Part shown: piece by piece, positions 21,861 to 31,310 of the stretch
How positions within the stretch are numbered: position 1 is the first letter of the stretch
Layout of the letters: each line of letters opens with the position of its first letter
Virus record (IMG/VR): IMGVR_UViG_3300031963_000075
Span: 15,695 to 79,694 of that record
Direction: 5' to 3' (one strand)
DNA length: 64,000 bases
Origin: a virus
Translations under genes and position numbers: made by a program
Notes under the pieces: model-generated
What the model was told of the DNA's origin: nothing
Databases searched by the model: none
Seen by the model: the letters and a program-made list of their open reading frames with translations, nothing else

Positions 21861-24800
21861 TTAACTTAATTTAACTTTACCATCAAAGGTCTTTTTATCC
21901 AAAATCCAATTCGTTGTACCATATATTTGTTTTAGAATTGATTTTCTTCTTGAGTCAATATCTTGTGATGTTGGGTTTTTAATTGTTTGATAAAGTCTTC
22001 TTCTGTTTGCATTTTCATCTAATGTGAAATTTTTTAAATCAGTATAAGCGGGACTTGTTTTATCCTCTTCTATAGTTTTTTTATCTAAATCATAAATCTC
22101 AACATACTTATCTCTAATATCATTTAGATTTTCAGTCAACTCTTGTTTTGCCCCACCAATTTGTTCAATTTGTGGTGTTGATACAAATTCAACAAATAAT
22201 ATTTGATATTTATCCTCATTTGTAAATGTTTGTGATGCTAAGGTGTAAAATCTTTTTTCAGCATCTGTCAAATCATTCATATAATCTTTAGAGGTCTGAA
22301 AACAGTTTTCAGTATCGTAAAATGTTTCCGTTGGTAAAGGAACAATTTTTGAGTTATTTTTTTGGTCAGCATATTCATTAAGTTTTTTTGTTACCTCCCC
22401 AACATCAACTATCATTTGTTCAAATACTTCTTCTTCTTCAACCAATAAATATAATTTAACATCCCCATCAGTTAAAATTTTTCCATCATAACCCCTTAAT
22501 GGTGGATAAAACGGTGGATTGTTAGGAAGTTCTTTTGTTGTAATAACATTCATTTTATTTAAGGTTTTCAAAAGTAGTTGTTCTACATCGACTATTGTTG
22601 TTACTGGTTGTGTTAAATTTTCAACCGCCTCTTTATCTAAACTTTCGACATATTTTTTTAACTTACTTTTTGCGTCTCTAATAATATCTTCTCTTTCTGC
22701 TAAAGATGGTGAATTCAAAAACGCCTTAATTACTGGATTTTCATCATCATCAATATCTTCTTTTATTTTTTGTGCCAATTTGTTTACCTTTCTTTCAAAC
22801 TCATCTGGTTTACCGTAAATTTTTGTATCCAATTTTGTTTCGGTATAAATTAAAGTATTACCTGATGTGTAATTTCTATTTGAATTAACAAGTTGTAACA
22901 TACTATAATTGTATTGGTCTACAATTGTCCCATATTGATTCGTGCTTATTTCCAAATATTCTTTATATTGTGTGGATAATTCTTTAAAGACATTTGTATA
23001 GTCTATATCGCCAGTTTCAGTATCACCACTTTTAACTGTTGTTAAAACAGTTCCAATTGTTTCACCACCATCTGTGGCTTGTTCATTATTAGTTGTTGCA
23101 TTGGCAATTGCCTTATCAACCAATTCTACAAGAGCATAGTTCAATTCTGTTTCTTCTGCTCTTTCATCATACATTTCCGTATTTGCGTAATAATTAAATG
23201 AAAGAGCATTTTGTAAAGTTTCTATTGGTTTTGCAAGACCATGACCTCCAATAAATTTTAAATCCACAGTAACACCAACAACCATAGGTTGTACACCAAT
23301 ACCTTCTGGGTTTAAATCAAGTAATGAACTCTCATAACTAAATGATATAGTTGTTGGTATAGCCTTTGTATGGTAAAAATCCCCCATTCTAATAACTAAA
23401 ACAGGTGGAGCACCAAAACTTGTATTTAGTGCATCATCATATTTAGGTTTACCATCACTACCTATTACAGGAATAGTTTGACCTGGTCTTGTACATTGAT
23501 TCAAAAATGTAAGTCTTGCATTTAACCCTTCAGGTGTAATTGAATGAAATGCAGGGTTAAAATACTTTAGTTTATCTTTAAGTGTTTGAAACGCCATTGG
23601 GTCACTGTCTTTTAACATTTCAAAATAATCGCATTCGGTAAGTAATCTTCTTATAATTTTTTTCCCTATTGCTTGTTTTAATCTATCTTGTACATCAGTA
23701 TTTGGTTGAGGTTTTACCCCTTGTGGATTTGTTTGGTCAGGAGTACTTTGATTTAGATTATTTTCTTGTGTTGGATCTGTTGACGATATATCATCTGAAA
23801 TTGTTATTTTACTAATAACAGCACAATTTATTGCCAAATTTGGATACGCATAAGGTACTTCTGTAGGGCTAAGTACTGTTGGTGGGATAGCATCTATTGT
23901 AAGAGATGTGTCAAATGACGCACCATTTTCCCCAACATCTGTTGTATATCTTTTTACTGTAACCTTAGATAAACTACCACTTGTTTGTATAGTGACTTTT
24001 TTATTGTCAATCTCGGTTTGTAATTTTTCTGTTAAAAATGTTTTTGCCGAATCCGCAAAAACAGTTGTTTTCCCATCAATTGTAATGTCAACAATGTTTT
24101 TATTCGACACAATACTTTTTATACCATCAACAAATTCAGAATTTATTTTATTATTATTTGATTGAACCACATCTTCAATAAATGCTTGTGTATCAGTATT
24201 GGTAAATGGTTCTCCTGTTGATACAACAACATATGAAACAGGAGCTAATTCAGAATATTCTACCGCTTTGGATAAATAATCGGTAATTTGAGACGAATAA
24301 TTTGTATCTGTTGAATTTGGTTGAAAATAGAATGTCAATCCTTCAAAATTTGTTTGAAACTCTTTTTCGTCTTCAGGTGTATTCCCTATGGTGTTCGCGT
24401 TATCCGCTGATGTGTTTTCAGCGGGTATTTCTTTTTGTATTTGTTCTAATTCTTCTGGTGTTAATCTTGGGTCATTTAACAAGTTTTGGTACATTTCTAA
24501 CTCTCTCAACGGAAGAGTATTAAATTTTGCCGCTAACTCATATAAATCGTATTTTGTACATCCAGCTATAAATGACTTTACCAAATCATCAAATTTTTGT
24601 GTACCTAATTTTTCCAATTGTTTATTCACCAACAAATTCATTATAGATGGGTGGTCAACAATAATCTTGAATCCAAGTTTACCTGATCGACCAGAATTTT
24701 TATACGTATGTATTTCTTCTGGTCTACCAAGAATTGGGATACTATCAAAATTAACTGAAGGTGTATCACTGAATGTTAAATCATATGGTGGAAACCACAT

Positions 24801-26702
24801 TATTCTTCCCCCATTCGGCCCTCTCTCACATAAAGGTAACTCATCAACCGTAAAACCTGGTCTATCTGAAGTTCTCCAAGCTAAGTTTTCAATGGACAAC
24901 ATATATTTTTTAACACCGTCTCTTGTTATATTTGTAGAACCTAAACCTTTTGTTGGTGCAATATTTAAATTATAAGTTTTATCTAAAACTGAATAGGTAA
25001 ATCTCCTATTCTCTGTAGTCATACCATCTGTCTTTTGTAAGTCATTGAACGTATAATACGGTGTATCTTTTGTAAAAATTCTACAATATTCAATTCCTGC
25101 TTCTTCTCCTGTTGAATTATCAATATAGGACATTACTTTAGAACCTTTAGTTATTTCTCTATAACCGTCATGAAAAACTTTACTAACTTGATTAATTGCG
25201 TTTCCTGCGTGTTTTAATCTTCTTTTCCCAAAAAGATTATCTGCAGAATTAATTAATCTTTGTGTATTATCAAGTATAGAACCTTGTTTTAATCCAAAGT
25301 TAGTTGATTCATTAAACAAGTACGGATTTGCGATTGATGGAAAATCTTCATCTATTGAGACCGCATCTCCCCCTTGTTTTACTTTGAATCCAGCGTTTTC
25401 TTTAAATCTAGGTGATGTCCATACAAAACCACCATCAGGTTTACCTCCATTTTCTGTACTTATACCGTTAAGACCAAAGAACGCTTGTTCCATTCCTGTC
25501 CCTTCATATTGGTTACCCATTTCATCTGGTCCAAATACAATAGCATTTGTTAACTTACCAAGTGAATTTATCGGTACAGCATTTACAGGTGAGGTAATAA
25601 ATAGTGGATTGTTTACATCAGAACCCAAATAATACCCACCTGTTACAGTAGCCCCAACTGAACGTAGTATTGTATTAACACCAGCTATCGCTGCGTTTCC
25701 AATACCACCAACCTGATAGTTTGGTCTATATATGTTTTTTTCTAATAAAGAATATAGTGTTGATATTTGACCTGCACCTGTTTGAGTAAGTAAAGATTTA
25801 GATGGTTGTAAAAATCTACTTGCTCCATCAGCCAAAAGATTAAATGACCCTGCTGCGGTGTTTTGTAAAACGTTTGCTATTTGGTCGCCAGTACTTGGGT
25901 TTCTATTACTATCTTCATCAGTAAATAAAGGTCCAATCAATGGTGAGTTAGGGTCAAAGTCCCCTCTCAATCTATCTAAAAATGTAATATTACTTGGGGG
26001 TAGTGTAATTCTATAATCCTTACTTCCCCCTAAACCACTTCCAGCTAAAGCCGAAGGTGATGTAAGATTTGTACTTGTTTCTCTAAATAATTGTCTTTGT
26101 TGTTCTGCGGCAATTGTTGCGTTTAAATTATCACGTAACTTACTCGCAGACAAATTAGCTAAAAATGAATCGTTTGATAAAGGTCCGTTACTTCCAGATG
26201 GATTAAGAACCGTAAACATAGTATATGTATTATACGTTGACGGAGTAAAAATAATCGGATCATAATACGGTTGATGAATAGAGTTTATAAGTTGTATTTC
26301 TTCAACTGTAAATTGTTCTAAATAACCTCCTATTGGACTGTACTTATTTTTAATGTAAGCTAAATTTTTAGATGGAAAACTTATAGAATCTAAATCACTA
26401 TCTGTAAAATCATACTCACCCTCATTTGTTCCATTTATAATAGGATTTTGTTGTGTTCCTGGAGTGTTTGGAAATCCTCCATTAGGACCGAATTTATTTA
26501 AAACGTAAAAATTATTTGCAACATTTGTTGATCCGATGTTGGGACTATTTAAAACTGAATAATCAGATAAATTACTTTCATAATTTGTAGGTCCTGGTGG
26601 TGAACTATAAAAACCTGGAACACTATATGGTGTTAGATTTCTAACTATTAAGTCGTTCCTAAATGAAGAACTATTTTGGAAACTTAAAAAACTCTCAGGC
26701 AT
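21861..26702 (-). CDS. Large baseplate / tail-tube initiator-type structural protein
   Basis: Between tape measure and LysM gene; tube-initiator-like segments (WFPPYDLTFSD..ILGRPEEIHTY; PPVLVIRMGDFYHTKAIP). Confidence 0.6.
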   Translation of the reverse strand: MPESFLSFQNSSSFRNDLIVRNLTPYSVPGFYSSPPGPTNYESNLSDYSVLNSPNIGSTNVANNFYVLNKFGPNGGFPNTPGTQQNPIINGTNEGEYDFTDSDLDSISFPSKNLAYIKNKYSPIGGYLEQFTVEEIQLINSIHQPYYDPIIFTPSTYNTYTMFTVLNPSGSNGPLSNDSFLANLSASKLRDNLNATIAAEQQRQLFRETSTNLTSPSALAGSGLGGSKDYRITLPPSNITFLDRLRGDFDPNSPLIGPLFTDEDSNRNPSTGDQIANVLQNTAAGSFNLLADGASRFLQPSKSLLTQTGAGQISTLYSLLEKNIYRPNYQVGGIGNAAIAGVNTILRSVGATVTGGYYLGSDVNNPLFITSPVNAVPINSLGKLTNAIVFGPDEMGNQYEGTGMEQAFFGLNGISTENGGKPDGGFVWTSPRFKENAGFKVKQGGDAVSIDEDFPSIANPYLFNESTNFGLKQGSILDNTQRLINSADNLFGKRRLKHAGNAINQVSKVFHDGYREITKGSKVMSYIDNSTGEEAGIEYCRIFTKDTPYYTFNDLQKTDGMTTENRRFTYSVLDKTYNLNIAPTKGLGSTNITRDGVKKYMLSIENLAWRTSDRPGFTVDELPLCERGPNGGRIMWFPPYDLTFSDTPSVNFDSIPILGRPEEIHTYKNSGRSGKLGFKIIVDHPSIMNLLVNKQLEKLGTQKFDDLVKSFIAGCTKYDLYELAAKFNTLPLRELEMYQNLLNDPRLTPEELEQIQKEIPAENTSADNANTIGNTPEDEKEFQTNFEGLTFYFQPNSTDTNYSSQITDYLSKAVEYSELAPVSYVVVSTGEPFTNTDTQAFIEDVVQSNNNKINSEFVDGIKSIVSNKNIVDITIDGKTTVFADSAKTFLTEKLQTEIDNKKVTIQTSGSLSKVTVKRYTTDVGENGASFDTSLTIDAIPPTVLSPTEVPYAYPNLAINCAVISKITISDDISSTDPTQENNLNQSTPDQTNPQGVKPQPNTDVQDRLKQAIGKKIIRRLLTECDYFEMLKDSDPMAFQTLKDKLKYFNPAFHSITPEGLNARLTFLNQCTRPGQTIPVIGSDGKPKYDDALNTSFGAPPVLVIRMGDFYHTKAIPTTISFSYESSLLDLNPEGIGVQPMVVGVTVDLKFIGGHGLAKPIETLQNALSFNYYANTEMYDERAEETELNYALVELVDKAIANATTNNEQATDGGETIGTVLTTVKSGDTETGDIDYTNVFKELSTQYKEYLEISTNQYGTIVDQYNYSMLQLVNSNRNYTSGNTLIYTETKLDTKIYGKPDEFERKVNKLAQKIKEDIDDDENPVIKAFLNSPSLAEREDIIRDAKSKLKKYVESLDKEAVENLTQPVTTIVDVEQLLLKTLNKMNVITTKELPNNPPFYPPLRGYDGKILTDGDVKLYLLVEEEEVFEQMIVDVGEVTKKLNEYADQKNNSKIVPLPTETFYDTENCFQTSKDYMNDLTDAEKRFYTLASQTFTNEDKYQILFVEFVSTPQIEQIGGAKQELTENLNDIRDKYVEIYDLDKKTIEEDKTSPAYTDLKNFTLDENANRRRLYQTIKNPTSQDIDSRRKSILKQIYGTTNWILDKKTFDGKVKLS

Positions 26703-26749
26703 TATTTTATTTTACTTATAAATAGATTCAAAAGATTTTTTTATGTTCA

Positions 26750-28753
26750 TTATTGATAATTGAATCCTTTAATTCTATTTAAAACTGTTTTTATGTTGTT
26801 GACAAATTCGTCTTTTAACACCACTGATTCTATTGTAGATTTTAACATTTCTTTATCAGTACCTGTTGGTACATTTTTCAAATCTACCATTATATCTAAT
26901 TTATGATTTATATCTGTTGAGGTTTTTATTTCACTTGGGGTTGTGTTTATTGGGTTTGGCTGCATCATTATTGATGTTAATTCCTCATTTTTTAAACCCA
27001 TCGATTTTAAAGTTTCTAAATTTATCGGACTTATTGTTTCTACTGGTGCAGATACATAAGGATTTTGAGGTGATTTCATTCCTTCCATAAATTTATCAAA
27101 ATCATCTTTTGTTTGTGGAAATTCTGTAGAACCAATTATAGTATCTTTAGGATTAATTCTAATTGCCCCTTCTTCACCTAACAACATTCTATTATCACCA
27201 GGAAAACTAACAAAGTCATCCGCAACCCCAAAGAATTTTTTAATACTACCAGTAAAATCTCCTAATTTTGTAATTAAACTATTTAAATTTGTATCTAAAG
27301 TATCTATTAAATTTTGCATTTCTGTAATAATTTTATCTCCATATTCTTCAACACCAGAGATTATAGTTGGCATTTTATCTTCAATATTTTTTCCAACTTT
27401 ATCTAAATAACTCAGTTTTAATTCAATCATTTTTCCCGCATCGTCTGTCAATTTATCTAAAGATTCTAATGCTGTTGTTGCTATTTTGTCTTGGGTATTA
27501 GCCATTGTTTCTATTATTTTTTCACCTCTTTCAGAACCAGCTATTTGACTTGGGATTACAGTTGATAGGGCTGCGAGTGAATTGGCAACTTTTTCACTTA
27601 TTCCCATTTGTTGTTCTATGAGTCCTTTCAGGTCTTTGTCTTCTCCTGGTTTTGCTTCAAACGTTTTTTCTATTTGGTCATTTTGTGTTTTTAAAAAATC
27701 GGCTAATTTTTGTTGTTCGGTTTGTGACATATCTTGAATTGCCTTTGTCACTTGTTGACCATCTTCTTTATATGTTACTTCAAATCTTCCATCTTTACCT
27801 TTAATTAAAATGTTTTCCAATTTTTGCATTTCCTTCTCGTCAGGAATCAAACCTTTCAATCCAGTTTCATTAATAATTTTTTGTTTGTCTTGCATTTCTT
27901 TGAAAGCAATCCCCATTTCTGACAGTTGGTTAGCATTGAAGCTTGTTCCTTTGGCAAGTTCGTCCATGAAATCCATTCCAACCGCACTCATTTTACCTGT
28001 TTCATCGACAAAGGTTGAAGCAATTTTAGCAATTTCTTCTTGTAATTTTTCAGGGTCATTTCTTGATAAAAATCTAACTCGTTCAACATCCATCAATTCT
28101 GACTGTACAATACCTAATCTAGATAACTTATTAACAAACTCTTGAGCCTGTTCAGGTTGATACAAAGATTTAGCGGTTTCAAGAGCTGCCGTCATATCCC
28201 CTCTTAACATTGAGGATTTTGCTGCCATATCGGCCAACCCAATAACTCCGTCTTTAAAGTTGAATCTTGATAACTCTTTCAAATTTGCACCTACAAGTTT
28301 GGTAACAGTTTGAGCGTTTACTCCTATCAAATCGGCACTCTCCATTATAGTTGCCATTTCTTCGTTTGCGGAGTATATTGATTTTCCCAAGTTTACATAA
28401 CCTTCGAATAGTGTTTTAGTTTCAATACCAGTGGCTTGAGTTGTTGCAAACAATTCATCTGTTGCATTCTTGTTGAGAATAATTTGTGTTCCAAACGTTT
28501 CAAATAATGCGGTTTGTTGTGCAACAATTTTTTCTAAATTACCACCTAATCTTGTTACTTCAGTTAAACCTTCTGTAAGGGTTTGTTTTAAAAGAAATGC
28601 CTGTTCTCGACCAAACCCAATAGTATTGGCCATTTTTCCAAACTGCTCGTCGATATTTTCAACCATGAGTTGTATACCCGTCAAGTTTGACTTTAAAGCG
28701 TCAGTAACTCCACCTAACCCAAATTGGGTTTCACCTGTTACGAAAAACATCAT
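26750..28753 (-). CDS. Tape measure protein
   Basis: Helical, Ala/Leu/Gln/Lys-rich, 667 aa, directly after tube and chaperone genes. Confidence 0.65.
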   Translation of the reverse strand: MMFFVTGETQFGLGGVTDALKSNLTGIQLMVENIDEQFGKMANTIGFGREQAFLLKQTLTEGLTEVTRLGGNLEKIVAQQTALFETFGTQIILNKNATDELFATTQATGIETKTLFEGYVNLGKSIYSANEEMATIMESADLIGVNAQTVTKLVGANLKELSRFNFKDGVIGLADMAAKSSMLRGDMTAALETAKSLYQPEQAQEFVNKLSRLGIVQSELMDVERVRFLSRNDPEKLQEEIAKIASTFVDETGKMSAVGMDFMDELAKGTSFNANQLSEMGIAFKEMQDKQKIINETGLKGLIPDEKEMQKLENILIKGKDGRFEVTYKEDGQQVTKAIQDMSQTEQQKLADFLKTQNDQIEKTFEAKPGEDKDLKGLIEQQMGISEKVANSLAALSTVIPSQIAGSERGEKIIETMANTQDKIATTALESLDKLTDDAGKMIELKLSYLDKVGKNIEDKMPTIISGVEEYGDKIITEMQNLIDTLDTNLNSLITKLGDFTGSIKKFFGVADDFVSFPGDNRMLLGEEGAIRINPKDTIIGSTEFPQTKDDFDKFMEGMKSPQNPYVSAPVETISPINLETLKSMGLKNEELTSIMMQPNPINTTPSEIKTSTDINHKLDIMVDLKNVPTGTDKEMLKSTIESVVLKDEFVNNIKTVLNRIKGFNYQ

Positions 28754-28783
28754 AATATTCTTTTATAAATAAATACGGTAATT

Positions 28784-28939
28784 TTAATTTCTTCTATTCA
28801 TCTCAATAACTTTCTCTACCATATAATTCCTTTGGTAGGTTGGGATTATCAAAAAATCTCTGTATGAGACATGAAGAAATTTAGAAAGAAAAATATATTG
28901 ATCTAAAAGATATTTTTTATACGTCGAAGAAAGGCCGAA
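28784..28939 (-). CDS. Frameshift extension of the tail assembly chaperone (GT-like), +1 frame
   Basis: 51 sense codons FGLSSTYKKYLLDQYIFLSKFLHVSYRDFLIIPTYQRNYMVEKVIEMNRRN, with no ATG near the start, entered at TTT TTT CGG. Confidence 0.65.
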   Translation of the reverse strand, partial: FGLSSTYKKYLLDQYIFLSKFLHVSYRDFLIIPTYQRNYMVEKVIEMNRRN

Positions 28940-29672
28940 AAAAGTCAACCCCAAACGATATCATAGTCGATACGTTTTCTCCTGACGGGGCTATTGCGTT
29001 GAGTCTTAAATCTACTCCAGGTTCATTTTCCGATATAAATCTTTTTATATATTTTGAATCCATAATTGGCATATTTTGTATAAAATCAATTATCGAAGAT
29101 TTATCTCTACTACCATTAAGTTCTACAATCTGTTCTTGTAATGTCCAAACTGTTGTTGGTGTTACTCGACCTTTCAAATATGTAGATTCCATTTTGGTTA
29201 TTTTTTGTTTTTCACCTAACGTCAAAAGTTTAAGTTTGACTTTAGCATTACTTTTTGGTAATGTTGTTTCAAATAGTCCTTCATTGTCAGGATTTACTTT
29301 TGGATTTTTGAAACTTAATTCTTCCAAACTAAATGTGTGGTCAAAAAGTTTTCCTGTTAATGGATCTGTTAATTTAACAGTATATTCAGGTCCGAATGAT
29401 GTGTTTCTAAGAAATATTAATATTGCTTCAATATCTCCATCTAACATTTCTTCAGGTTTCAATTCAGGTTCATATACTTTATTTCTTAACAAAGTTACTA
29501 ATAAGTTGTTATTTTTCAAACCTGATGAAAGAGCGTCTTCGTCACTTGCATTTAAAAAACCTACTTTGACACTTGATTTTTTTGATTTATAAAAAATACC
29601 TTTTGATGGTAATTCAATAACATCATGTGGTATTGTAAAATTCATTTGACCATATTTTATTTCATCTTCCAT
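28917..29672 (-). CDS. Tail assembly chaperone / baseplate hub assembly protein (T4 gp26-like)
   Basis: IELPSKGIFY, DIEAILIFLRNTSFGPEY, C-terminal FGVDFFRP; between tube and tape measure. Confidence 0.75.
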   Translation of the reverse strand: MEDEIKYGQMNFTIPHDVIELPSKGIFYKSKKSSVKVGFLNASDEDALSSGLKNNNLLVTLLRNKVYEPELKPEEMLDGDIEAILIFLRNTSFGPEYTVKLTDPLTGKLFDHTFSLEELSFKNPKVNPDNEGLFETTLPKSNAKVKLKLLTLGEKQKITKMESTYLKGRVTPTTVWTLQEQIVELNGSRDKSSIIDFIQNMPIMDSKYIKRFISENEPGVDLRLNAIAPSGENVSTMISFGVDFFRPFFDV

Positions 29673-29716
29673 AATCTTTTTGTTAAAAATATAATTTCAT
29701 GTATTTTTATGTAAAT

Positions 29717-29747
29717 AAAAAACCCATACACAATATGTATATGGGTT
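29717..29747 (-). terminator. Intrinsic terminator after tail tube gene
   Basis: Sense AACCCATATAC-ATATT-GTGTATGGGTTTTTT. Confidence 0.65.
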
Positions 29748-29768
29748 AATTTTAATGTTATATTATTT

Positions 29769-30257
29769 TTAGTAAACCAAAATTGCTCTATCCATTTTCA
29801 GAGTGAAGTTAACTTCACTCAAACCGTCTCCTGTGTAACCAAGAGAACCACCATCATATCCTAATGGAAATGCGTTAACCAATAACCATTTTTCGATAAC
29901 AACACCCGTAGGATCTAACATTTCTAAATCTACATTTCTTTTATAACCTGCAGCATAACCCATACGTCCTGTAACAGATTCTGCAACCAATCTAACCCAT
30001 TCCATAACCGCTTGGGTGGTTGAAGGACCGATTGGGTCTAATAGTTTCACTGCAATTTCACCCCATGTGAACGAACCAGCAACATATGTTTCTGTATTTA
30101 AGAATTTAATTGCTTGTGAACCTATTGTAATTTTAGGTCTCGATGCTGTTTGTACTACCCACTCATTGATACCCAAATCGGTTGGGAATCTCATTAAGAA
30201 CCTATTCTGTCTTTTTGGTTCGTAAGGTATGGGCATTTTCATTAAAAGATCAGCCAT
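29769..30257 (-). CDS. Tail tube protein (T4 gp19-like)
   Basis: YEPKRQNRF, WGEIAVKLLDPI, LEMLDPTGVVIEKWLLVNAFP. Confidence 0.85.
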   Translation of the reverse strand: MADLLMKMPIPYEPKRQNRFLMRFPTDLGINEWVVQTASRPKITIGSQAIKFLNTETYVAGSFTWGEIAVKLLDPIGPSTTQAVMEWVRLVAESVTGRMGYAAGYKRNVDLEMLDPTGVVIEKWLLVNAFPLGYDGGSLGYTGDGLSEVNFTLKMDRAILVY

Positions 30258-30320
30258 GTTGTATTATTTTTTTTTCTTAGTTTATTTTATTATAAATATT
30301 AGTTAAAAAATTTTTTCTAT

Positions 30321-31241
30321 TTACTTCCTTTTATTTTGAACTAATCTTCTACTAGACCAGTTTTCATAAATATTTTTTTCTCCTCCTTTTGTTAAATAAA
30401 TATTTAAGTTTTCTTTTTCTTTATCACTTAATTTATTTTTCATTGAATGGACATTTCTTTCGTCGTCATCTGAAAAACCAAATTTTGGTTCAACAAATTT
30501 AAATAGGTTACCTCCCACAGAATCATCTCCCGAACTAACGTGGTTAATAAAATAGGATTTCTGAAATTTTTTTGATGACCTTCTCTGATTTGTCATAAAT
30601 CTTTTTATTTCTCGTATTTTCGCTTCCTCTGGATTTGCAGCAGAACCTGCTCTGTATGAAACAGGTGAGAATTGACATCTCTCTAAATAATCGTTAATTA
30701 ACCAATTCTCATTTTCTACTTGTTTTAACCCAGCTCTTCTTCTATATTCTTTTAAATTTTTTATTAACTGAGATTTCTCAATTCCATGCATATTGTTTTC
30801 TATAAGATATTTGACAGCTCTTTTTAGAACTGATGGTGTATGTCCTCTTGCTGTAATAATCGCAAACACACTTCCATAGTTGATAGCCTCTTTAAAGTCA
30901 TTCCACACATCTTGTGATGCGATTGGTGCGTATTTAATATCTTCTAAAAATTTCCTGTCACCTGAAACTCCAAAATCTCTATATGGGTCTTTATCAAAAC
31001 CTACTATCATATGACCTTTATAATTGAACGGTTCTTGACCTACTAAAGTTCTGTATTCAGCAAAATCTTCAGTGGACATACCAATAACGTCACCATCTTC
31101 GTCTTTTAAATAAATAAGGGTCGGCATTTCCATTAAATTATCATCCCAATCAAAAGCATAATACTTAAGACCATATTTTAACATATTTTCTTGAGTGACC
31201 TCTGAAATAATACGTTTTACTATTTTTTTGTAATTAAACAT
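30321..31241 (-). CDS. HAD-superfamily phosphatase
   Basis: Motif I YAFDWDDNL, motif II IITARGH, motif IV GFSDDDERN. Confidence 0.7.
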   Translation of the reverse strand: MFNYKKIVKRIISEVTQENMLKYGLKYYAFDWDDNLMEMPTLIYLKDEDGDVIGMSTEDFAEYRTLVGQEPFNYKGHMIVGFDKDPYRDFGVSGDRKFLEDIKYAPIASQDVWNDFKEAINYGSVFAIITARGHTPSVLKRAVKYLIENNMHGIEKSQLIKNLKEYRRRAGLKQVENENWLINDYLERCQFSPVSYRAGSAANPEEAKIREIKRFMTNQRRSSKKFQKSYFINHVSSGDDSVGGNLFKFVEPKFGFSDDDERNVHSMKNKLSDKEKENLNIYLTKGGEKNIYENWSSRRLVQNKRK

Positions 31242-31263
31242 ATAATATAAATATTAACAAAAT

Positions 31264-31290
31264 AAAAAAAGGGGAATTTATGTTCCCCTC
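31264..31290 (-). terminator. Intrinsic terminator after sheath gene
   Basis: Sense GAGGGGAA-CATAAA-TTCCCCTTTTTTT. Confidence 0.75.
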
Positions 31291-31310
31291 TTTCTTTGTT
31301 TTTATTTTAT

